Notes: generated by a model from the letters alone, not told the origin. DNA of 20,000 nt from an uncultured virus (IMG/VR IMGVR_UViG_3300020603_000009) (IMGVR_UViG_3300020603_000009), one strand, 5' to 3'. Shown: positions 9,701 through 17,508, counted from the first letter of the stretch. Made by a program: numbers and translations.

Positions 9701-12700
9701 TTTAAATGGTTTTTTGGCTACAAGATTAGAATAAAAATCATTACATCCAGTTTTAAATTTAGTAGAAATATCTTTTAAATTTGAATTTATAATGTCTGAT
9801 TTGGCTTTTTCAACTGCTGGAATATTATTTCCATTTGGTAATTTTCCAATAAGAAGTGGTTTAAATACTGAATCTTCTATTTTGTTTTTTAAAGTTTCCG
9901 GAGAGGCACTTAATAAATCTTGTAATAAATTTCTATATGTATCGGTTGGCGATGGAACAATAGTATCTCCATCTGGTAGAGTGAACGGTTCGTCTCCCAA
10001 ACCTCTATCGGTATCTAAAATAGGAGAAATTGGATCAAGACAAACAACATTTCTTGTGTTTAAAGAATTAGAAGTATAAAAAGTTGACATAGCAATTAAT
10101 TCTTGTCTAACAGAATCTAATCCAGTTATATTTCCAAGATAAGTAAATATTCCAGATAAAGTTCCGGGAGTTAATAAATAAACTAATTCTTGTCTATTTT
10201 GTCTTATATGCTGTTCAACTTGTTTGATATCTTGTTCTGCTGGCTTATAAAACAATCTCATAAAAGCATCGGCAGACATTATTCTAGATAATTCTGATAT
10301 TAATATTGTTAGAGATTGTTGTATTTCTACTTCTGTAGTAGCAGAACTTTTTGCTACACTTAATACTTGTAAAGTTTTGCTTCTAGAAGAAATGTTTGCT
10401 TTTCCTATTCCCAAATCAGCATTTATATCAAGTTGAGCGGTTTCTTGAATAGCAACTGGGTTTAGTGTTTTAGAAACATTTTTAAACGCTTTCTGATAGG
10501 CAACAGGGTCGATTTGTGGATTGCTGCTTACGAAGTCATCTAAATCAAATCTACCTCTTCCTAGTTGATTTAAAGCAGCAGCAGCGGCACCGGTAATACT
10601 TCCTTCTGCTTCACCTGTTAATGCTGCTCCTATTAAATTTTTTATTCCACCACAAGTCAATAATTCTTGTAATATTTTTACTATAAAAGCAACAATACCA
10701 TCAAATATAATTTGAACAACTGCTAAATCTAAACTTAATTTTAATTCTTGAAATATATCTATTTCTGGTAGTTGCGGTAATTGTATCGTTCCAAACATCG
10801 GACTTATATTAAACAAATCAACAATGCTACATAAAATTTCTGTATTTATTCCATATTTTGTTTCAACTAAATCTAAAAAGTCGTCGATAAATCTTAATTC
10901 ATCTAAATCCATTTCTTTTCGTGCTTTTATTTTATCTAAAGCATTTTGTTGAGATGATTCTTGATTTAATTTTAAATCTTTATATTGTTTTAATTTAGAT
11001 TCATATGTTTGCTGTAAACTACCGTCTATTTGAATATTTGAAGTAATTGTTCTATCAGCAATGTTGAGTGCTTCTCCGGGATCAGTTCTTTTGTCTAACT
11101 CAATAAAAACAATTCTTTTTCTTTCATTATTTTCAATTGCTCTTTCTAAATCTCTTATTTCTTTAAGAAGCTTTTTTTCTCTTTCATCTTTTAGGTTATC
11201 AATTTTAAATTGTTTAATGTCTTTATATAATTCAACATAAAGACTTTCTGGAAATGCTCTGTTGAACATACTCTCAAGTTCAGAAAATCTAAAGCCTCTC
11301 AATATGTCTCTACAGTTTCCAATTTTTGGTAAAAAACAAGTTTGAAATTCTTTTAACAAACAAGATAAATTTGTTCTAGCAAATATAATATCTTGTAATC
11401 CACTTAAGCTCTGTCTGCCTGCTTGTTCTATTTGTGCCGATAATCCTCCGATTTTATCAATAATTTGTTGTATAGAATTTGGATCAGAAAAAGAATCTCT
11501 TTTTGCTTCATAAAGACCAAAAAATCCATTATTTAATAATGCTTCTCTAAATAATTGATTTGAATTTGGATCTCTTATAAGTATAGCAGATGGAGTATCT
11601 GCGCTGGATTCATAATAATATTTACTATTTTCGAAAATAAGATTTTCTGCTTTATTGCGACTTAATTTGGTTTCAATTGATTCATAAAAAGAAATAGCAT
11701 CCGGATAATTGTTCGGTATAAAATATAAATTTGGAAAATTAATATAATTAAATGCTTGTGGATTTGAATCAACAAAGTTTTTATCCTTAGTTAATGGAGA
11801 AGCATCTTCTATGATTTGGTTGTTTTGATATTTTTCTCTATTAATTCTAGTATTTTCTTGTAATGATTGAGGAGTAGGGCAATAAAATGGATCAATTTCA
11901 AATATATTTAAATCGATATATTCAATATCAGATAGTATTGATAAAATTGTTGGATTAAAAAAATCAAAAGAATATTGATTTTCAGCTATATCTGAGCCGC
12001 CTATTATAGCAACGAATTTATTGCTTTTATCCAAAGAGCCAAAAGGACTTTCAAATTTTAGAAATTGCTTATTAACAAATTCAATATTTAAATTAGATAT
12101 TCCTTGTTCTTTTTCTTGTAGCAATACTTGCTCTGTTTGTCTTAAAAATGTTATTCTAAAAAATAAATTTTCTTTTTTTATATTTAAAGATTCGGTAGAT
12201 GAATATAATCTCTGTTCAGCAAAATTATAATAATCATATTTTGACTTAAAATCACTTAAAAAAGTAATCGAAGATAATTTTTCTTGTAATGATTTTTTAA
12301 TTTCTGTTCTTATTAAATAATCGATTAATTTTATTCTTGCTTTTTCTATAACTTTTATATCGTATTTAACATCAGTATTTTCTATCTGATCTTTAAGTAA
12401 TTTTTCACCAATAACTGAACCAATTTCTTGTGCTGGATAAGCAGACATTACTGCTTGTATATTATTATCTGGAAATATTTTGTCTTTCGAAGTATCGTTA
12501 AGTTCGTAGAGATAAGAAAATATTAAATTATCTGCTATTGATAAATTTGGTATTTTTTCAACTAAGTTATATAATATCTGCTGTTCATCCGGATTAGAAG
12601 AAGAAACAGAACTTTTAATAGATAATATTTTTTCTTTTATTTCTTTTGAATAATTTACAGAAGAGATTTCATAAATACCATTAACATCTACATAAGCATA

Positions 12701-12949
12701 TGTTATGGAATCTAATTTTGTTAATAAAAAATTTAAATTATTATAATCATAAGAAGCGGTAGCTACATTCTGTAGATACGTTTTAATTTCTGATTCTTCA
12801 AAAATATCGACTTTTAAATCCCTATAAGGATTGACGCCCAATAAATTTAATATTGTATTATTGGGATCTGTATTTGTAGCAGCAAAAGCGTCGAATCTTG
12901 AACCAAAATCATCTAAAGGTTGCTGAAGAACAAGATCGGTATTACTCAT
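6743..12949 (-). CDS. Giant hypothetical protein in the baseplate module (~2,068 aa), probably a virion component
   Basis: Uninterrupted frame, open upstream to 13033. ATG at 12949 follows AAGGA (short spacing); the ORF track uses TTG at 13000. Mostly helical with coiled-coil and hydrophobic segments; no catalytic motif recognised. Start is uncertain (see frameshift finding). Confidence 0.75.
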   Translation of the reverse strand: MSNTDLVLQQPLDDFGSRFDAFAATNTDPNNTILNLLGVNPYRDLKVDIFEESEIKTYLQNVATASYDYNNLNFLLTKLDSITYAYVDVNGIYEISSVNYSKEIKEKILSIKSSVSSSNPDEQQILYNLVEKIPNLSIADNLIFSYLYELNDTSKDKIFPDNNIQAVMSAYPAQEIGSVIGEKLLKDQIENTDVKYDIKVIEKARIKLIDYLIRTEIKKSLQEKLSSITFLSDFKSKYDYYNFAEQRLYSSTESLNIKKENLFFRITFLRQTEQVLLQEKEQGISNLNIEFVNKQFLKFESPFGSLDKSNKFVAIIGGSDIAENQYSFDFFNPTILSILSDIEYIDLNIFEIDPFYCPTPQSLQENTRINREKYQNNQIIEDASPLTKDKNFVDSNPQAFNYINFPNLYFIPNNYPDAISFYESIETKLSRNKAENLIFENSKYYYESSADTPSAILIRDPNSNQLFREALLNNGFFGLYEAKRDSFSDPNSIQQIIDKIGGLSAQIEQAGRQSLSGLQDIIFARTNLSCLLKEFQTCFLPKIGNCRDILRGFRFSELESMFNRAFPESLYVELYKDIKQFKIDNLKDEREKKLLKEIRDLERAIENNERKRIVFIELDKRTDPGEALNIADRTITSNIQIDGSLQQTYESKLKQYKDLKLNQESSQQNALDKIKARKEMDLDELRFIDDFLDLVETKYGINTEILCSIVDLFNISPMFGTIQLPQLPEIDIFQELKLSLDLAVVQIIFDGIVAFIVKILQELLTCGGIKNLIGAALTGEAEGSITGAAAAALNQLGRGRFDLDDFVSSNPQIDPVAYQKAFKNVSKTLNPVAIQETAQLDINADLGIGKANISSRSKTLQVLSVAKSSATTEVEIQQSLTILISELSRIMSADAFMRLFYKPAEQDIKQVEQHIRQNRQELVYLLTPGTLSGIFTYLGNITGLDSVRQELIAMSTFYTSNSLNTRNVVCLDPISPILDTDRGLGDEPFTLPDGDTIVPSPTDTYRNLLQDLLSASPETLKNKIEDSVFKPLLIGKLPNGNNIPAVEKAKSDIINSNLKDISTKFKTGCNDFYSNLVAKKPFKRKVPKFLKQDGNSEQYENSEYKDLVNKGGYVEGGAPDPIEIEETKFVYGALFSDSFYGSSDSLSINSTPERLNITLTGSRGFSSLSEKEMSLSMSGSSWKIQSVISNNENNITIYQGNSQTQEDIKFSFEVDNQNIDTNSLYEDILNSREEFKTMLKNSITGNLNFLYTSQGSLLDRSIFDREFEQYASDSYDKFLSSIYQKITKAISEDGLLKPINLDSLQKEKYITGMKNGLDTIFPGLSQALQGNSLPPIVSPNIDTPLKYINFCPKPTKQQKESKVDPGLFGEIELKEFISDIMDQRSSDLTNLSDLQDILKDKDNLLKFSLIDGMFLSLVRTACAEISLRTLFPLRVFGYNRKLIDDLMLPTYIAETVYNEIVYISNLSNKSSLVELTEKHVNYIHDFIFSDELDKQENNKLFRKIKRLKTEITSLEEDRKIINSYLGKLYTETNKTSNQDYKKKIDNYIACLSSEIKNKYKQILLLQIRNIAYNELIVMFDKLSYLTSTNEKVKIELDGKCADIDQNLQEKDFLSILIPELLIKSDLKEITTDNTTVDNFIEQQEKKYKPGTNLIIEHYINVPHVKSEFFNLVARQDQFNCFGAQTFSQFKKLLEFIPNNNELNSYFNQDLTYRMRMVYIPDTELKPETSINFDFNLNEREGRGLITENLNSLYSERKNRFWMNNLTIDAINNGYDKTYAIPFMGPQLREGQRKFGVINAFPIIKEEQSLSLAGINTASDMLVLIPTLQRGESNILTNLLKTKISCNEKLKQFYSIFTNENLLSNLTILSSAQILSDDKIVGSFRTTRKLIINNIFTKMLSIYNENDLMDLFEKMSSPQYFKDFNADAIPKISLKAAIYVLQYYCQMTDPNISLALLIRNAVKLSLSVASQIPNPFGGPTVPSELPLELSPLAIYSLAQLPITLFGIPPAGIGVGPPLTIPGMVLLGADLLLLSLEFSDNLDINIENEKIKEELRNYCIDLSGYKKYGV

Positions 12950-12983
12950 TAATCCTTGAAGGATTAAATTTGTTCTAGTTTCA

Positions 12984-13214
12984 TTAAATATTATAAACAA
13001 GAGTCGATAAGCTCTCTTTATACTTTCTTTTATCTAAAGAATTTATTATAGTTTTATAAGTTGGTTGAAAACTTATAAAATCTTTACCGTCATCTTTTAA
13101 ATCTATATCGCAATTTTTTAAATATCTTACTAACTTATCTACTTTTTTATCGATTGTGGATAAATCAACACTAAAACTTGTAGTAAGTATATTTTTTTGC
13201 TGTGGTGTTCTCAT
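12984..13214 (-). CDS. Hypothetical protein (76 aa); possibly the frameshifted N-terminus of the giant gene
   Basis: ATG one base after the upstream stop (TAA T ATG); fills the gap between the spike-like gene and the giant ORF. Confidence 0.6.
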   Translation of the reverse strand: MRTPQQKNILTTSFSVDLSTIDKKVDKLVRYLKNCDIDLKDDGKDFISFQPTYKTIINSLDKRKYKESLSTLVYNI

Positions 13215-13215
13215 A

Positions 13216-14139
13216 TTAGTTTGTTTTATTATAATAACTGTTTATATAAGTATTGGGATTTTTTAATAAATAGTTTTTTCTCAAATTTTCAATATTAGGA
13301 ATTCTTGTTGTAGAGTTATTAATATTTACTATTTGTTTTATTTCACCATCATTAAGGGTTATTTTCTGAACCATATTTGGATCTGTTAGTGGCAATAAAG
13401 CTTCTGGTATAAAATTAGAAAGATGTGTATGTTGTTTTACGGCATCATTTATAACGCTTTGTTTATCACAAACTGTTTGAATTAAAGCATATATATTATT
13501 TATTTCATTTAATACTTTATTTAAAAATTCTTCAAGATTTGTTCCAAGAACAAGTGGCTGTAAGTCTCCTAAATTATTGGCACTATTATTTGCTATTAAA
13601 TGTATTCCATTAAACTCTAAATCACTATTTGGATGAGATGGTGCGTTTGGATCTGGTGTTGGTTTATCTGCTCGATCTATTCCTGTTATTATTTTAACTG
13701 AACCACGAGAAAACAATCTAACTTCGTCAGCCTTTAACGCTATAGCAGAACGATTTCTTGCTTTTTCATCTTGTATTCTTGCTCCAAAGTTTGAATCTAT
13801 ATCATCTGTTTGTTCGCAAATTTGTAATACAGCAGAATCATAATAGTGTTTTGGGCTAAGAGTTAATTTACCAGCGTCTAATGGAGGAGGGCTATTTTTT
13901 ATAGCAGTTCCCATACCAGAAACAAGTGTAATCGTTGAAGTATATGTTGACTTTGCTACTTCTGGTCTATTCTGAGGGGAGCCACCAAGAATTATTGTGT
14001 TATTTAAATCAGACTGAAAAACAACTTCATTTGGCCCTCCATCATAAGGAGCAGCTTTTCTTACACTAACATATTGAGCGGGAAGCAATTTACTTTGCTT
14101 TTCTATTTCTACTTGTAGATCTGATTTTTTTGTTGCCAT
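13216..14139 (-). CDS. Putative baseplate central spike protein (gp5 C-terminal / gpV-like, 307 aa)
   Basis: Short beta-strand repeats (NEVVFQSDLNNTIILGG; SAIALKADEVRLFSRGSVKIITG), QPLVLGTNL, a coiled-coil, and H-T-H at 13423-13431; SD-like AAAGGT; upstream of the gp25/gp6-like genes. Confidence 0.55.
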   Translation of the reverse strand: MATKKSDLQVEIEKQSKLLPAQYVSVRKAAPYDGGPNEVVFQSDLNNTIILGGSPQNRPEVAKSTYTSTITLVSGMGTAIKNSPPPLDAGKLTLSPKHYYDSAVLQICEQTDDIDSNFGARIQDEKARNRSAIALKADEVRLFSRGSVKIITGIDRADKPTPDPNAPSHPNSDLEFNGIHLIANNSANNLGDLQPLVLGTNLEEFLNKVLNEINNIYALIQTVCDKQSVINDAVKQHTHLSNFIPEALLPLTDPNMVQKITLNDGEIKQIVNINNSTTRIPNIENLRKNYLLKNPNTYINSYYNKTN

Positions 14140-14152
14140 GTACTACCTTTAA

Positions 14153-15694
14153 TTATTCCGACTGTTCAAGTGATTGTTCAAAAGAAGATTCTTCTGGATT
14201 TTGTTCTTGTTGTATTGGAGTGGTTTCTGCTTGAGTTTCTGAAGGCCCAATTGTTGTATTTGCTCTATCTAATTGTTGCTGTGTTGGAGTGATGTATCTA
14301 TTACTACTGAAGCAAGTATAATATTTTGGAAAACCTGAATAATTGGAACCAAAGCCGCCTGCTATGGAAATGTTATTTTTATTTTTTCCCGGAGGAAAAC
14401 CAGCGTGTGCTGATCTCGGATTGGCACCATCTTCATCAACTTCAGCAACACCCGGTCTAACTATTGCTGTGTGATGAACACCGACTCCGTCTCTTCTGGC
14501 TCCATAATAAATCGCCACAGTTGCCAATCCTTTATTGGCATTATCTTGGGCTTCTTGAGCGGAAATTTCTTTCCATCCATATCTTGGACCGTGAACTTGA
14601 AGCCATTGTATCATTCCTTCAACGCCTAATTGCGACCATCCTCTTTTAAATTTTGCCGCCATAGGTTGTGGATTACCATTTTCATCAATTTGCCACGGAA
14701 CAGGAGTTCCCATGGCCCATGTAATATCCGCAACAAAAATATTACAAAATGTTCCATTTTGTCCACTTGGCAATCTTCGGGTTTGATATCTTGGATTTGT
14801 CTCTACATTAAACTGGTCTATTATTCTGTTGTATGTTTCAGAATTTGGTCTTGAAGGATCTCCTATATATTCAGCTACAACATCTATAGGTGGCCAAGTT
14901 GAATCACTAACAGAACCAATTTCTCCAGAAATCGCTCCAGCTACTGCTGTTGGAGAAGATGAATCGCCATATGATTGTATATTTGGCAAATTAGAAGTTA
15001 TTTGTTGTATTATATTTTTTGAACTATTAACTGCTTCAATATATTTTTGTCTAAAAAAACTAAAAAAATTTAATAAATCTTCATATCCTTGTTCGAATAT
15101 GTCATCATCATATATTTTTTCGTAAAAACCAGATATTTTAATACCATTAGATATGTGAGAAGCTTTAAATAATTCTACTTTAACAATTGAATTTGATTTT
15201 GGAGGACTACTAATCAAGCCACTAGAAGTTTTGGGTGCCAAAACTGTATGTTGTGTTCCAACAGCAGAATGAATTCTTTTATATAACAAAACTTCTTCTG
15301 GGTTATTTTTATCAAAATTTCCAAATGATTTTTTTGCCCCAGTGCTTTTAGGGTTTGTTTGTGTATATTCTTTATATAAACTTTGAGGACTTAAAGTTGA
15401 AGCTAACGTGCTAGCATCTAAAATCTGAACATATAAAAGAAAATCTTCAAGTTCTTTTTTTTTCGCCATATTTAAAGATGGAATAGTGTATTTTGTTTTT
15501 AAACTTGAATTGGGTGGACAATAAACTTCTAAAACTCTACCATAAACAATTTGATTATTGAAATTTTCTACACGATTTACTTTATTGTGTAGAGCGACCA
15601 AGCCTGGAGTTGGATTTCTATCTAATTGATTAGGATGAATCTCTCTTTTATCAATAATTCTAAATTCTTCATTTTTATCGAGTTCATCTGCCAT
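14153..15694 (-). CDS. Putative gp5-like baseplate hub protein with a C-terminal Cys/His peptidoglycan hydrolase (CHAP/NlpC-P60-like) domain (513 aa)
   Basis: N-terminal OB-fold-like strands (IVYGRVLEV...PPKSNSIVKVELF); GTFCNIFVADIT (Cys codon 14744-14746) and GVHHTAIVRPG (His codons 14471-14476) spaced as in papain-like amidases; Q/E/T-rich tail. Confidence 0.6.
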   Translation of the reverse strand: MADELDKNEEFRIIDKREIHPNQLDRNPTPGLVALHNKVNRVENFNNQIVYGRVLEVYCPPNSSLKTKYTIPSLNMAKKKELEDFLLYVQILDASTLASTLSPQSLYKEYTQTNPKSTGAKKSFGNFDKNNPEEVLLYKRIHSAVGTQHTVLAPKTSSGLISSPPKSNSIVKVELFKASHISNGIKISGFYEKIYDDDIFEQGYEDLLNFFSFFRQKYIEAVNSSKNIIQQITSNLPNIQSYGDSSSPTAVAGAISGEIGSVSDSTWPPIDVVAEYIGDPSRPNSETYNRIIDQFNVETNPRYQTRRLPSGQNGTFCNIFVADITWAMGTPVPWQIDENGNPQPMAAKFKRGWSQLGVEGMIQWLQVHGPRYGWKEISAQEAQDNANKGLATVAIYYGARRDGVGVHHTAIVRPGVAEVDEDGANPRSAHAGFPPGKNKNNISIAGGFGSNYSGFPKYYTCFSSNRYITPTQQQLDRANTTIGPSETQAETTPIQQEQNPEESSFEQSLEQSE

Positions 15695-15695
15695 T

Positions 15696-15992
15696 TTATT
15701 CTGTCTCCTCTATTTCATTATAGAGACTTTCTTTATCTTTACTATCTAAATCGCCATATTTATCTTCATCAACTTTTTTCATTAAACCAATAAGCTTAAC
15801 TAATTGTTCATTAGAACGCTGAAGAGTTTCTAAATATTTGGCAGCAACCATACCTGTTGTTGAATATCGATCTTTTTGTTGACCAATATATTGAGCAACA
15901 TCTTCTAATAATTCGTTTGCCGCTTCTCGATCATTTTGTATGTTTTCAATAGCCAAATCAATTAGTTCTTCTTTTGATAGTTTTTTCTTCAT
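15696..15992 (-). CDS. Hypothetical helical protein, possibly terminase small subunit-like (98 aa)
   Basis: Clear ORF; helical hairpin ending AKYLETLQRSNEQLVKL, weakly similar to the T4 gp16 oligomerisation helix. Function uncertain. Confidence 0.45.
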   Translation of the reverse strand: MKKKLSKEELIDLAIENIQNDREAANELLEDVAQYIGQQKDRYSTTGMVAAKYLETLQRSNEQLVKLIGLMKKVDEDKYGDLDSKDKESLYNEIEETE

Positions 15993-15996
15993 ACTA

Positions 15997-16003
15997 ATAA
16001 ATA
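15997..16003 (-). promoter_or_regulatory. Candidate late promoter element TATTTAT at the head of the structural module
   Basis: Minus strand ATATTTAT-TAGT-ATG; the motif is 4 nt from the start codon and there is no SD. Confidence 0.45.
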
Positions 16004-16011
16004 TATTCTAA

Positions 16012-16749
16012 CTAAATTTCTCCGTCATCCCAAGTTTTCTTAAACTCTTTGTATTTTTGCCTTATTTTGTTGAGATTATTGACAACTTGTTTGGTATTTA
16101 GGTCTGTTATCTCTCTCACGTATAAATAAATTGCTTTTTTGTTAAATATTTCAATAGCATCCGGATCTTTCAATAAAACAACTATAGCATCCAAGACCTT
16201 TTTTTCATTTACTTTTAAATCTAATTGTTTCCAATTATCTATCTCACACCAAAGGTGTTTCCAAAATTCATCTACTTCTCTTTTTGAATCTGTGTCATTA
16301 TGAACGACTAAATTATCATAATCTAATTCTTTTTGATACTCAGCATCATCAAGAAATATTTCTTTTTTATTCTGACGGCTTACTTTTTTAACTTTATGGA
16401 TAAACCAATTTTTAGTTATAACACTAAAATAACTAAATGCTTTTGAGCCTTTAGACGGATCAAACTTCTCTAATATCGTTGTTATCCAAATTTTACATTC
16501 TTCTTTTAAATCTTCTATATTTGGAAGACTATTAAATTTATAAGTAAAAACAATCTTATTTACCATTTCATTAAAAGCTGGTCCAATAAGATTTCTATAT
16601 AAGTCTTGTCTTACTTTTGGATCTTTTGTGGAGGCATATTTTATAATAGCGTCTTCATGCTCCTGAGTAAAATACAGTTTTTCCTGTTGCTGTGGCGAAT
16701 TTTTCTTCGCTCTTCTCGTCTTCCTCGGATATTTCGTCTCTTTCGACAT
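16012..16749 (-). CDS. Phage RNA polymerase sigma factor (sigma70 region 2 / T4 gp55-like, ~245 aa)
   Basis: EDLKEEC...ILEKFDPSKGSKAFSYFSVITKNWFI matches sigma region 2; C-terminal YLYVREITDLNTKQVVNNLNKIR is HTH-like. ATG at 16749 follows GAGG; the ORF track extends to TTG at 16782. Confidence 0.78.
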   Translation of the reverse strand: MSKETKYPRKTRRAKKNSPQQQEKLYFTQEHEDAIIKYASTKDPKVRQDLYRNLIGPAFNEMVNKIVFTYKFNSLPNIEDLKEECKIWITTILEKFDPSKGSKAFSYFSVITKNWFIHKVKKVSRQNKKEIFLDDAEYQKELDYDNLVVHNDTDSKREVDEFWKHLWCEIDNWKQLDLKVNEKKVLDAIVVLLKDPDAIEIFNKKAIYLYVREITDLNTKQVVNNLNKIRQKYKEFKKTWDDGEI

Positions 16750-17047
16750 TGCTTTCCTCTTCGATTGTTTGATCGTTCTCAAGAAGCTCTGATACTTCTT
16801 TGTATTTTTTCATATAGTTTCTTAGATCGCGAGAATGACGAATAAGATTTTTCAATGTTTCATCACCATAATACATTTCAAGTTCATAAATAAAATTTAT
16901 ATGCTGATCGAATTCGTCTAGTCTTCCGTATAATTCAGTTAAATTATCAGAAACAAAATTAAGTCTAAATACCAATTTATAACAAAACCACCCCAATAGA
17001 GCAGTTGAGGCGGCAAATAATAACAATAATAAAATTAATATAGTCAT
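16655..17047 (-). CDS. Membrane-anchored hypothetical protein (130 aa)
   Basis: Hydrophobic N-terminus MTILILLLLLFAASTALLGWFCY, coiled-coil-like middle, YYGDETLKNLIRHS, acidic tail; ATGA overlap with the upstream gene. Confidence 0.75.
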   Translation of the reverse strand: MTILILLLLLFAASTALLGWFCYKLVFRLNFVSDNLTELYGRLDEFDQHINFIYELEMYYGDETLKNLIRHSRDLRNYMKKYKEVSELLENDQTIEEESNVERDEISEEDEKSEEKFATATGKTVFYSGA

Positions 17048-17298
17048 CCTGGTACAAAATCCGTTGTTTTTAATTTCTGCTTTTCTTGCTTTATTTCTTC
17101 ACGCGTTTCTTGAATATAGTTGTCAACAATAGAACCAACTTTTTGCTTATTTTCTTTTTTGACTATACCACTAAAATGTGGAACCTTTAATAAGGTTTGT
17201 TCCTTACAAACTTCACATTGGGTCTTTTTTTCGGAAAGAGTGTGATAGTATTCAAAGACACCATCACACTTCTCACAATGATATGCGTATCTCGGCAT
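17044..17298 (-). CDS. FmdB-family zinc ribbon protein (84 aa)
   Basis: MPRYAYHCEKCDGVFE...CEVC...LLKV fits the MPxYxYxCxxC...CxxC pattern; ATG overlaps the upstream TGA. Confidence 0.85.
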   Translation of the reverse strand: MPRYAYHCEKCDGVFEYYHTLSEKKTQCEVCKEQTLLKVPHFSGIVKKENKQKVGSIVDNYIQETREEIKQEKQKLKTTDFVPG

Positions 17299-17507
17299 CA
17301 CTCACTTACAAATTGTGGTGTATCATCTTGTTCTTCTGCTGATACGCGGAATGTTGGAGGATTTGATACAATTAATTCTCCATTTTGATCTGTTAGTAGT
17401 TCAAAACCTTTTAATACTGGAACAATATCTGTTTGTGTTAATAGGCTGTTTTGTAGGGCCATCATTATGGCTCCTAATGCTTGATTTGATAATTTTAATT
17501 TTTCCAT
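17298..17507 (-). CDS. Hypothetical protein (69 aa)
   Basis: MEKLKLSNQALGAIMMALQNSLLTQTDIVPVLKGF...; GGAGAG SD before ATG at 17507. Confidence 0.75.
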   Translation of the reverse strand: MEKLKLSNQALGAIMMALQNSLLTQTDIVPVLKGFELLTDQNGELIVSNPPTFRVSAEEQDDTPQFVSE

Positions 17508-17508
17508 T

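Noticed and set aside
10573..10630. GCA-repeat tract (GAAAAA) in the giant gene
   Set aside because: Short in-frame poly-Ala run; too short to suggest a phase-variable repeat.
1..15694. Bacterial eCIS, T6SS or tailocin locus instead of a phage
   Set aside because: T4-style gp6, a gp55-like sigma factor and phage-like packing favour a phage, and no Tss/Afp-specific genes were recognised. Capsid genes are not in the window, so this is not formally excluded.
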